The position numbers were made by a program, and so were the translations under genes. The notes below the pieces were generated by a model that was not told where the DNA came from, searched no databases, and saw only the letters and a program-made list of their open reading frames with translations. DNA of 11,942 nucleotides. It comes from a virus (taxonomy: Duplodnaviria > Heunggongvirae > Uroviricota > Caudoviricetes). Below, in pieces: positions 1-8,039 of the stretch; within the stretch, counting starts at the first letter, position 1; every line of letters starts with the position of its first letter. Location of the stretch: IMG/VR virus record IMGVR_UViG_2529292735_000009, positions 1-11,942 of that record; one strand, written 5' to 3'.

Positions 1-42
1 GTCTGTGCCCTGACTGAGCAATTGCATGGTGGTGTCGGTCAT
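1..42 (-). CDS. 5' end (14 codons, MTDTTMQLLSQGTD...) of a divergently transcribed gene of unknown function; rest lies outside the window
   Basis: ATG at 42-40 on minus strand preceded by GGGAGGG (revcomp of 49-55) at 5-nt spacing; reading frame open to window edge. Too short to identify. Confidence 0.25.
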   Translation of the reverse strand, partial: MTDTTMQLLSQGTD

Positions 43-199
43 CTGTTCCCTCCCTGTGCGGCATGGTCGCATGTGCGTGCGGAGGGGGTTACTGCTTTTT
101 GTTGTCGCCGTGGCGGGAGAACGGCGCAGGGGTGAGATTACGCGCGTGGTGGGTGATGATTGTTGCCGAATCATTTAACGGATACAAGGGGCTGAAGCT

Positions 200-1385
200 A
201 TGAGTGAAACTCGTTTTCATGGTGCCCGTGTTACGGAAAATACCGACCTGGTAACAGCGATTAACGATGTTGATTCCAGCGTTATCGGTATCGTGGCAAC
301 GGCGGATGATGCGGACGCGAAGCTGTTCCCGCTGAACAAGCCCACACTGCTGACCCGCGTCAATGACGTGCTGGGAAAATGCGGGACAACGGGGACGCTT
401 TATCGTGCGCTTAAGGCCATCGCAGACCAGGTGAGCACAAAAGGTGATCGTCGTTCGCGTGGCTGAACACAAAGAAGAAGACGGTAAGACGCAGGATCAA
501 CTGGTTATCGGTGGTTCTGAGGATGACGGCAGCTATACGGGGATGTATGCGCTGCTTGTTGCAGAGCAGGATGAAAGCATCGGATACCGTCCGCGTATTC
601 TGGCCGCGCCGGAGCTGGACACGGAGGCGGTGACAAAATCCCTGTGCGTGATTGCGGGTAAACTGCGCGCGTTTGTGTATGCCACATGTCATGGTTGTAA
701 CACGATGGCTGAGGCGATTACCTACCGCCAGAAATTCAACGAACGTGAGGTGATGCTCTTATGGCCTGACTTCATAGCCTACAACCCGAAAAGTGGCAAA
801 AACGAAACGTTCCCCGCGCCTGCTTATGCGTGCGGCCTTCGTGCGTACATTGACCATGAGCAGGGCTGGCACAAATCGCTGTCCAACGTTCCGGTTAAAA
901 ATGTGCTGGGAATGTCCAGGCATGTGTTCTGGTCGTTGCAGGCCGAAGACAGCGATGCCAACAGCCTCAACAACAAAGAAATCACGACCATTATTCGTCG
1001 CAACGGGTTCCGCTTCTGGGGCAACCGCACACCGGAAACGAACGCCTACATCTTTGAGGTGTATACCCGAACCGCACAGGTGCTGGCTGATTCAATTGCG
1101 GAAGCGCAGTTTGAAACCATCGACAGTCCACTGACGCCTGCGAACGTGAAGGATGTTATCAGTGCCATCAGGGCAAAACTGGATTCACTGGTGACTGCCG
1201 GGAAACTGATTGGTGCGGAGTGCTGGTATGACGTGGTGGATAACGGCACCACGAATTTACGTCAGGGACGTGTGCGTATTCGCTACAAATATACGCCCGT
1301 TCCGCCACTGGAAGACATGGAGCTTTACCAGACGTTTACTGATGAATACTTTGAACCCGCATTTGCGGTGCTGGGAGGTGCCTGA
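200..1385 (+). CDS. FI: Contractile tail sheath protein (P2 gpFI-like), reading frame interrupted by one frameshift near 438-444
   Basis: ORF 200..466 (88 aa) plus ORF 444..1385 (313 aa) in a different frame together read colinearly with remembered P2 FI (e.g. FPLNKP, KLRAFVYA, IIRRNGFRFWGNRT, YTPVPPLE). Combined span 1186 nt; removing one base at AAAAGG 438-444 restores a ~394 aa protein. RBS AAGGGG 8 nt before ATG 200. Confidence 0.9.
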
Positions 1386-1898
1386 TGGCTGTGCCAAAAC
1401 ATCTTCGCTTTTTTACGTCTGTTTGTGGATGGTGAAAACGAAGTGGGTAAGGTGACGTCCGTCTCTCTGCCTAAGCTGACGCGCAAAACCGACAGCTACC
1501 GGGGTGGTGGCATGATGGGTGCGGTAAGTATTGATCTCGGTCTGGACGACTCCGCGCTTGATGCGAGCTTTGCATGGGGGGGGGCTGTTCGTGAGCTGTT
1601 CCTTAAGTATGGCGGCACGATTGACGGCACGCTGCTGCGTTTTGCGGGTGAATACTACACCGATGCAGAAAGCGACCTGTATGAAGTCGAAATGCGCGGA
1701 CGTGTGACGGAAATTGATATGGGGGAAGCCAAACAGGGCGAAGCCACATCACACTCTTACGCCATTAAAAACACCTACTACAAGCTGAGCGTTAACGATC
1801 GCCCGTTGTGGGAGATTGACCTGCTGAACTTCATTTACCGGAAGGACGGCAAGGACATTGTGCCCGATCGCATCCGTTCCGCGCTTGGGCTTGGCTGA
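1385..1898 (+). CDS. FII: Tail tube protein (P2 gpFII-like), frameshifted at T6 homopolymer 1409-1414
   Basis: ATG 1385 overlaps the sheath stop (cTGATGg). Frame from 1385 reads MAVPKHLRFF then stops at 1433-1435; frame of ORF 1425..1898 continues ...LFVDGENEVGKVTSVSLPKLTRKTDSYRGGGMMG, matching P2 FII (MAMPRKLKLMNVFLNG...TLPKLTRK...YRGAGMNG). Shortening T6 to T5 gives a colinear ~170 aa protein. Confidence 0.88.
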
Positions 1899-1952
1899 TA
1901 AGTAATATGCAGGCGGCGCAGTGCGTCGCCTCTGACTGAAAGGAGTTTCCTG

Positions 1953-2318
1953 ATGAAAGAGACGAAAAACATCGATACCGAAAACACGGTAGTTGCTGAC
2001 ACTGTGAAAGAAACCAGTGAGCGTGGCGTAAAACTTACCCAACCAATTGAGCGAGGCGGCGAAAAAATCACGTATGTGGAGATCACCAGGGCTATTGAGC
2101 AGGCTGGATCTCTGCGAGATTTTGTCGCTGTCTGATGTGCTGAATCTGAAAGCGGAATCCATGTTTACGCTGCTGTCACGCGTGACATCACCGCGACTGG
2201 ATGAAGTGACGATCAAAAAATGGCATCCCGTGACTTTATTCAGTTATGTGTGGTTGCCGTAAATTTTTTGAGCGGTGCGGACTCTGGCGGGAAGAACGAA
2301 CAGGCGACGGAAGCCTGA
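1953..2318 (+). CDS. E: Tail assembly chaperone (P2 gpE-like, lambda G analogue); two compensating indels (T4 at 2120-2123 and A6 at 2215-2220)
   Basis: ATG 1953 follows RBS AAGGAG (1940-1945). Reading passes frame 3 (1953..~2120), frame 1 (LSLSDVLNLKAESMFTLLSRVTSPRLDEVTIKK), then frame 3 again (MASRDFIQLCVVAVNFLSGADSGGKNEQATEA, stop 2316-2318). Pattern matches gpE family as I remember it (...LRG.NLSDLL...LLPR.T.P.L...VVGFL). Confidence 0.75.
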
Positions 2319-2482
2319 TCACGGTTGTGTGCTTTGAGCACATAGAAGACTTTGTGGCAGATATTGCCGTTATTTTTAACTGGTCGCCCGCCGAAATCTT
2401 CATGATGACGCCCGGCGAAGTGGTTAGCTGGCGTGAGCGGGCGGCACTTCGCAGCGGGAGTGCAGACAATGAAGACTCTTGA
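1953..2482 (+). CDS. E': E+E' translational frameshift fusion product (tail assembly chaperone long form)
   Basis: E frame to 2270, then -1 frame 2270..2482 (ERCGLWREERTGDGSLITVVCFEHIEDFVADIAVIFNWSPAEIFMMTPGEVVSWRERAALRSGSADNEDS). The E' segment has no start codon of its own and overlaps the T start by 14 nt. Confidence 0.6.
2264..2270 (+). other. Programmed -1 ribosomal frameshift slippery heptamer T_TTT_TTG generating E+E'
   Basis: Heptamer is in X_XXY_YYZ register relative to the E frame (codons TTT 2265-2267, TTG 2268-2270). The -1 frame is open from here for ~70 codons and ends TGA 2480-2482, overlapping the tape-measure start. Same organisation as described for the P2 E/E' operon. Confidence 0.65.
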
Positions 2483-5277
2483 TATCCGGGTCGCTTTCAG
2501 CGCCGTTGACAGGCTGACCCGGCCTGCCGAAAACGCCCGCCGCCTGATGGGGCAGTTTGGTGACTCCATCCAGCGAACGCAGGGGGCGATCAAAAATCTC
2601 GAGCGTCAGGCGCGATCATTTGAGCGCGCCCGTGACGCTGTCAGTAAAGCGGATGCGGGCATCGTGAAAGCACGACGCCAGCTTAACGCCCTTAATCAGT
2701 TACAACGCACGGGTACAGTGCTCAGACGAAAAACAACAAAAGCTGATGCAGCAGTTAAGCACCCGGCTTGAACGCCTGAATGAATCGCGCACACGGGAAA
2801 TTCAGAAAATGCGGGAGCTTGGCGGAGAGCTGAAACGCCACGGCATTTCCCTGACAGGCAGCGATAACACCATCCAGCAGGCCATCAGACGCACCGAACA
2901 ATACAACAACCAGCTTGAACGCGAACGGCAGGCGCTTGCGCGTGTAACGCGGGCGCGTGAGCGGTATTCGCGCGCGCAGGAAACTGCGGGAAAACTGAAA
3001 ACAGGTGGTGCGCTGGCAATTGGTGCGGCAGCGGCTGGCGGCTATGCTGCCGGGCGTTTTTTGCAGCCTGCGATCGGGTTCGGGAAAGAGATGTCCCGCG
3101 TTCAGGCACTGACGCGAATCGACAAAAACAGCCCGCAGTTTAAGGCGCTGCGTGAGCAGGCATTAAAACTTGGCTCTGAAACACAGTTTACTGCGAGTGA
3201 TGCCGCCAGTGGGCAGAGCTTTCTGGCAATGGCTGGTTTTACTCCGCAGGCCATTCAGGCCGCATTGCCCGGTGTTCTTAATATGGCGCTGGCAGGTGGC
3301 GTCGAACTCGGCGAGACGGCTGATATAGGCTCCAATATCCTCACACAGTTCAACCTGACAGCCGATCAAATGGACCGGGTTGGCGATACGCTGACAGCAG
3401 CATTCACCCGGACCAATACTGATTTACGCGCGCTGGGCGAAACCATGAAGTATACCGGTCCGGTTGCCGCAAAACTTGGTATCAGTCTTGAAGAAGCGGC
3501 AGCCATGGCCGGGATGCTTGCCAATAATGGTCTTCGTGGAAGCGATGCTGGTACGGCCATGCGCGCAAGTCTGTCCCGCCTTGCATCACCGCCAAAAGCT
3601 GCGGCTGATGCGCTGAAAGAGCTGGGGGTGTCAGTTGCTGACGCCAGAGGCAAAATGCGCCCGATGGAGGATGTGCTGCTTGATCTCTATAAGGCGACAC
3701 AAAAATACGGACAGGTGGACCAGGTTTCCTTCTTCAAGGACATCGCCGGAGAAGAGGCGTTCGTTGGTTTGCAGACGCTTGTTGCGGCGGCTGGTTCAGG
3801 AGAGCTGCAAAAACTGACCAGAGAATTGCAGGGGGCAAGGGGAGAGGCCGATCGCGTCGCAAAAGTAATGGCCGATAATCTTGATGGGGACTTGAAAAAT
3901 CTCGACAGCGCATGGGAAGGTCTTCGTATTCGCATCAGTGATCTGGTTGACGGTCCGCTGCGTTCTGTCACGCAGTGGCTCACGCGGGTGCTTGAAAAAA
4001 TCACCTCGCTGGCGCAGGCCCATCCGGTGCTGACGCGCCAGCTACTGATAGCAGGCGGTGCGTTGCTGGCAATGACTGCAACGATTGGCTCGTTGTCGCT
4101 GGTTATTGGGGTGCTTTACGGGAAGTTGGCCACCCTGCGTCTTGGTTTTGACATTCTTACCCGGTCAATGAATGTCGTCAGGGTGTTGCCTGCGCTGTGG
4201 GGAATGGTGACGGGATCCGTTTCTTTACTGGGAGGCGCTATTGGGGCGCTGTTCAGTCCGGTTGGTCTTATCGTGGCTGCGCTTGCCGGAGCTGCCGTTC
4301 TTATCTGGAAATACTGGGATCCCATCAGGGCATTTTTTGCCGGGGTGTTCAGCGGGATTATGGAAAGGCTGACCCCGTTGCGCGAAACCTTTGAACGGTT
4401 TGGTCCTGTTTTTGACGCAATCGGAAGCGGGATAAGCCAGGTGTTTAACTGGTTTAAATCGCTGCTGTCACCGATGGAGTCCAGCAAGGAAACGCTGGAT
4501 AAATGTACCAGTGCTGGCGAGATATTCGGTAACGTTCTTGGCGGTGCGTTACAACTTGTTCTGACACCTGCAAAAATGTTGCTGGATACGCTGGCGTGGA
4601 TACTTGAAAAGCTCGGTGTGCTTCCGGATGAAGCGGAAAGGGCGCGCAAAAAAATCGAAGACGCACAGCGTGCGGCCATTCTTCAGGACAAGGTTGCCTT
4701 GCTTCAGGGGGACCTGGCGAAAATCAATCCGCCGAAGCCTGTGGAAAATGGCAATGGCACCGGAGGTGATAAACCCAAAGACAACAAACCGCTCACAGAC
4801 AGCAATACCGGTACGCTACGCAGACTCAGCAAAATTGCTGATAACACAGGTAAGCTGGTTGATGAGACGAAAAAACGCATTGGCCCCGGCGATATTGTCT
4901 TTAAGAACCTGCCCCGCGCACTTGCTGTTCGTGGGGAGTGGCAGGAGCGGAAGATTGCGCAGGTCAGTAAGCCTGCCCCCGCAATTAATATCACACCCGT
5001 GGTTCCGGCTCCGCTGCCTCCGGCGCTGGTCCCTGTTGTTGCGACCAGCTCCCGCCCGGTGGCGGAGGCCATACGATCGCCAGTGGCATCAGTTCCTGCA
5101 ACTTCCCGTAACCGGGAGCCTGTTGCCTCCGGATTTGGCGGTGAAATTCATGTTCATCTGCATAACGTTGTTACACAGAATCCCCGCGAACTGGCGAAAC
5201 TGGTCGGTGAAATGGTCAGGGCAGAAATGGAACGGCGCGCCCGTGCCAGGCGTGGCAGTTTTTACGATAAAGATTGA
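2469..5277 (+). CDS. T: Tail tape measure protein (P2 gpT-like), frameshifted once between 2668 and 2771
   Basis: ATG 2469 with RBS GGAG 8 nt upstream. N-terminal ~85 codons are in the frame of ORF 2433..2771, then the 843-aa ORF 2746..5277 continues in the +1 frame (open from 2668). Coiled-coil-like N-terminus, central tape-measure core (GSDAGTAMRASLSRLASPPKAA...), hydrophobic Gly/Ala-rich segments and Pro-rich C-terminus. Candidate homopolymers for the shift: A5 2729-2733, A4 2738-2741. Confidence 0.9.
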
Positions 5278-5289
5278 GGAGTCATGGCC

Positions 5290-5778
5290 ATGATGATGAT
5301 CTACGGCATGTTTGTTTTTGAGCTGCGCACGTTGCCGCATCAGCAGTTACAGCAAAACAAAAGCTGGCGACATGTGAAAAATGAACGCGTTAACCGTTCA
5401 GCAAGCTGGCAGTATATCGGTGCAGGTGATGATCGCATCGTTCTTTCTGGTGTTCTTTATCCTGAGATTACTGGTGGCGAAGTGTCGCTGTCGTTGTTGA
5501 CCACGCAGGCATATACAGGACGTCCTTGGCCTTTGATTGATGGCGTCGGGCAGATTTACGGCATGTATGTCCTGACCGGAACGAATACGACCCGCTCCGA
5601 GTTTGATCGCTACGGTAAGGCGAAAAAGATAGAATTTTCACTGACTCTTGAACGCTGTGATGAGGATTTGCGGGAGCGCCTGCAATCCTCATCGTTCAGC
5701 GATATGCTGTCCGGCTTCAAAGATAAGGTGACATCATCCCTTAATAGCGCGGCCAGCTCAGTTAAGGGGCTGCTCTGA
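5290..5778 (+). CDS. U: Tail protein U (P2 gpU-like)
   Basis: ORF 5284..5778; starts MAMMMIYGMFVFELRTLPHQQLQ..., like P2 gpU (MMMVLGLFVFML...). GAGGAG at 5276-5281 is only 2 nt from ATG 5284, so ATG 5290 or 5293 is the more likely start. Confidence 0.85.
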   Translation: MMMIYGMFVFELRTLPHQQLQQNKSWRHVKNERVNRSASWQYIGAGDDRIVLSGVLYPEITGGEVSLSLLTTQAYTGRPWPLIDGVGQIYGMYVLTGTNTTRSEFDRYGKAKKIEFSLTLERCDEDLRERLQSSSFSDMLSGFKDKVTSSLNSAASSVKGLL

Positions 5779-5854
5779 TTTAACGTATGTCGCCAATTTC
5801 CTGATGAAGGTGACTGGCGACTTGCTGTTGTATGTCCTTCTCAGAAAATTGTTT

Positions 5855-5883
5855 TTGAATAACAAATAACAGGATTTTATAAT
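5855..5883 (+). promoter_or_regulatory. Near-consensus sigma70 promoter: -35 TTGAAT (5855-5860), 17-bp spacer, -10 TATAAT (5878-5883)
   Basis: Read directly from sequence. Sits ~50 nt upstream of the acetyltransferase RBS, inside the AT-rich island. Confidence 0.5.
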
Positions 5884-5934
5884 CTCTTAACCTTATAACA
5901 TGTGTGGTCTGAAATAATAATTAAGGAGATTATC

Positions 5935-6507
5935 GTGCTATCTTACTTAATGGCAATTCACTTTGTTTTATTTGGAAACTCTACTAATTTAAAAGACTTC
6001 TGGAAACATGAAGTAATTCGGCGGAAACGTATGGATATCTGGAGGCTTTTAAGAGAGAAAAAGCAGCGTAACCGGAATTTCCTTTTCTGGTGGCGGTTGG
6101 CTAACGAAATGTATATTAATGGTAATAAATTACATAAGAAAGCAGCCAAAAAATTAAACAGTAAAATAATTAACAAGTTTGGTTGTGAAATAGGATTGGG
6201 CGCAAATATTGGAAAAGGGTTGACAATTCCCCATCATGCTGGAATTGTTGTTCATTTTGCTGTTGATGCGGGTGAAAATCTGGTATTACGACAGAATACT
6301 ACCATTGGACAGATAGATGGTGATATGCCTGGTTCAAGAGTAAAAATTGGTAGTAACGTTGATATCGGAGCTAATTGTTGCATCATTGGATTATCACGTA
6401 AAATTGGGGATAATGTAAAAATAGGTGCAATGTCTTTTATAAATAAAGATATACCATCAAACTGCACATATATAACTAAAAAGAGTGGTGTTGTATTGTA
6501 TAAATAG
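5935..6507 (+). CDS. Hexapeptide-repeat (left-handed beta-helix) acetyltransferase, serine-acetyltransferase/WcaB/LacA-like; probable prophage moron
   Basis: ORF 5902..6507. RBS AAGGAG 5923-5928, then GTG 5935 at 6-nt spacing (alternative starts GTG 5902, ATG 5950). Motifs typical of the CysE-like acyltransferase fold: FWWRLANEMYINGNKLHKKAAKKLNSKI, GCEIGLGANIGKGLTIPHHAGIVV, tandem [LIV]G hexapeptide repeats, C-terminal IGANCCIIG...IGAMSFINKDIPSN. G+C visibly far lower than the flanking tail genes. Confidence 0.8.
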   Translation: MLSYLMAIHFVLFGNSTNLKDFWKHEVIRRKRMDIWRLLREKKQRNRNFLFWWRLANEMYINGNKLHKKAAKKLNSKIINKFGCEIGLGANIGKGLTIPHHAGIVVHFAVDAGENLVLRQNTTIGQIDGDMPGSRVKIGSNVDIGANCCIIGLSRKIGDNVKIGAMSFINKDIPSNCTYITKKSGVVLYK

Positions 6508-6514
6508 AATACAT

Positions 6515-6555
6515 AAAGCCATCGATATTTCTGTCGATGGCTTTTTCTTTTTATT
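6515..6555. terminator. Intrinsic terminator between convergent genes: 11-bp perfect stem AAAGCCATCGA / TCGATGGCTTT, 8-nt loop, T-rich tail
   Basis: Stem 6515-6525 and 6534-6544, loop 6526-6533, then TTCTTTTTATT (6545-6555). On the minus strand the hairpin is followed by a weaker U-rich stretch, so it could also serve tfa. Confidence 0.6.
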
Positions 6556-7135
6556 GTGGGGCGACTGGCCACTCAACATCCGCTGCTACTGTTGTATCAA
6601 CACGATTCAACAATACCCGATATGTCTTCCATGCAGCCAGTAACGATGCCTCTTCCTCCGTCGCAATATCCAAATCTACGGCATCCTGAAGTGGCGCAAT
6701 ATGCTCACTGGCTACCTGCATCAGGCTGTTTTTTGTTTCTTCTGCCTCCCGTACCCGAAACAGTTTTTCTGCTTCTGCATCTTTCGCCCAGGATGTGCCG
6801 TTCCACTTCTGACACTCTCCATCCGGCGACAACCAGGTAACATTTTCCGGTAACGGACCGAGTTCAGAAATAAATAACGCGTCCCCTGATGCCACGTCAT
6901 AAACAGTTTTACCCCGATGATCTTCAACGAGATGCCACGATGCCTCATCACTGTTGAAAACAGCCACGAAGCCAGCCGGAATATCTGGCGGTGCAATATC
7001 GGTACTGTTTGCAGGCAGACCTGTATGAGGTGGAATGTATGCATCACCTTCCCCAATAAATTCATTAGTTCCGGCCAGCAGGTTATAAATTTTTATGGTC
7101 CGTGATTGTTCACTCATTCTGAAATCCATGTTCAC
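6551..7135 (-). CDS. tfa: Tail fibre assembly protein (Tfa, lambda/e14 TfaE-like chaperone)
   Basis: 194-aa ORF ([55 protein letters not shown]...), very close to E. coli prophage Tfa proteins as I remember them. GTG 7135 has no spacer after the GAGG RBS, so ATG 7129 is a likely true start. Confidence 0.88.
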   Translation of the reverse strand: MNMDFRMSEQSRTIKIYNLLAGTNEFIGEGDAYIPPHTGLPANSTDIAPPDIPAGFVAVFNSDEASWHLVEDHRGKTVYDVASGDALFISELGPLPENVTWLSPDGECQKWNGTSWAKDAEAEKLFRVREAEETKNSLMQVASEHIAPLQDAVDLDIATEEEASLLAAWKTYRVLLNRVDTTVAADVEWPVAPQ

Positions 7136-7137
7136 CT

Positions 7138-7506
7138 CTACTTAATATCAGAGACAGAATATTGTTTATTGAGCGTATGGGTGGGAGTACCAATAACGAT
7201 GCTACTTCCGTGGCTATGTGCGCCAGAGGTGACATTACCTACGGGATTTTCTGGATTAATCCGGTGTATATGCGAACCAGGGCGAAAACGGTTATTAGCC
7301 TGATGTTGTATCAGTACATCATCAGCCTGATGTTCAGGGTTAATACAGACTTGCCCGGAACGTGAGCAACACGTCCGATAATCGCCGCATCCAATATATT
7401 TAGTATCCGCATAACGGCAAACAGAATTACCCGGACAGTATGCATATGTGCCAAATACTGCCGACTGGCGAGATTGTGCGTATTCCCAGTTAATTGATTC
7501 TGTTTT
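7138..7506 (-). other. 122-codon open frame without start codon, Cys/His-rich; probable C-terminal continuation of the macro-domain protein after a homopolymer indel, or relic of an older tail-fibre 3' end
   Basis: The frame opens exactly at the A6 run (plus-strand T6 7503-7508) where the macro domain ends, and stops at TAG 7140-7138, 2 nt before the tfa start. Translation: [60 protein letters not shown]...[33 protein letters not shown]. Confidence 0.4.
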
Positions 7507-8039
7507 TTATTAAAGTTATCCCATGCCTGCTTCATCTGTCGTGCAACACTTTCAAACGGCACCTGACCACATCCGGCCCCCATTGCAGGGAATACCACTG
7601 TTTTTATTTTCATGTCTGTCGTTGCGTTTTTATTGTGCTGAAAGATGGCAAGCAGAGCGGCCCAGGTTGCGTTATATACAGCGTCTGTTCCGTCAATTGT
7701 CAACGGAACACGCATTGTTGGCGCATGTACCAGCCAGGGGTGATGATTATGCCCCGTTTCAATGACAAATGCAGAACCTACAGGCTGTTCGCCGAGATAT
7801 TCACGAAGAATATGATTCTGAACGCGGGACTGTAACTGAGTACCGAAGAATGCGGTAATGGCGGCATCAACGCCACCATCCATCAGGCCGAAACTATTTG
7901 CCGCACTTACCATGCAGTCAAATTCTCTGATTGTTTCAAATGGCTTTCCGACAATATTCACACTATCTGCATTTGCAAATATCCGTTTAAATGCTTCAGC
8001 CATTTCTGTTACTGGTGCAGAAAGAATGAGCGTAATCAT
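7311..8039 (-). CDS. Macro-domain protein (ADP-ribose binding / ADP-ribosyl hydrolase fold), as read in the given frame; probably longer (see next feature)
   Basis: ATG 8039-8037 overlaps the H stop (ATGA). Macro signatures: [28 protein letters not shown] (compare VNAAN..L..GGGV..AI) and [26 protein letters not shown] (compare FPAIS.G.YG.P). G+C lower than the neighbouring tail genes. Confidence 0.75.
   Translation of the reverse strand: MITLILSAPVTEMAEAFKRIFANADSVNIVGKPFETIREFDCMVSAANSFGLMDGGVDAAITAFFGTQLQSRVQNHILREYLGEQPVGSAFVIETGHNHHPWLVHAPTMRVPLTIDGTDAVYNATWAALLAIFQHNKNATTDMKIKTVVFPAMGAGCGQVPFESVARQMKQAWDNFNKKQNQLTGNTHNLASRQYLAHMHTVRVILFAVMRILNILDAAIIGRVAHVPGKSVLTLNIRLMMY

Noticed and set aside
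43-199. Search for a P2-type Ogr/delta-dependent late promoter (TGT-N12-ACA dyad) upstream of FI
   Set aside because: No convincing TGT-N12-ACA element found. A small dyad CGCC-GT-GGCG at 106-115 is present but does not fit the consensus, so no promoter is called.
89-472. 127-aa minus-strand ORF overlapping the sheath gene start
   Set aside because: Antisense to a well-supported sheath coding region; no recognisable motifs. Typical shadow ORF.
1912-1930. GC-rich hairpin (GGCGGCG...CGTCGCC) between tube and E genes
   Set aside because: No U-tract follows, so not a terminator; at most an mRNA structure. Too weak to call as a feature.
1953-2262. ORFs 1953..2135 and 2047..2262 as two separate small genes
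   Set aside because: They are consecutive pieces of a single gpE-like chaperone separated by a one-base change in a T4 run; treated as one gene.
3366-5293. Several 60-230-aa ORFs on both strands inside or antisense to the tape measure gene (e.g. 4116..4679 -, 4604..5293 +, 3687..4004 -, 4704..5072 -)
   Set aside because: All lie within the continuous 843-aa tape-measure frame; low-complexity Arg/Ser/Pro-rich translations typical of out-of-frame reading of GC-rich coding DNA.
5789-5821. Inverted repeat GTCGCCA...TGGCGAC downstream of gpU as a possible terminator
   Set aside because: Only a 7-bp stem with a 19-nt loop and a weak T tract; not convincing as an intrinsic terminator.
5804-5869. 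21-codon ORF (MKVTGDLLLYVLLRKLFLNNK) in the U-acetyltransferase spacer
   Set aside because: No RBS, overlaps the predicted promoter, and the composition just reflects the AT-rich spacer.
5902-5934. GTG 5902 as the acetyltransferase start
   Set aside because: No RBS precedes it and it lies only ~12 nt from the predicted transcription start, whereas GTG 5935 has a canonical AAGGAG at 6-nt spacing. The 5902 extension is probably untranslated.
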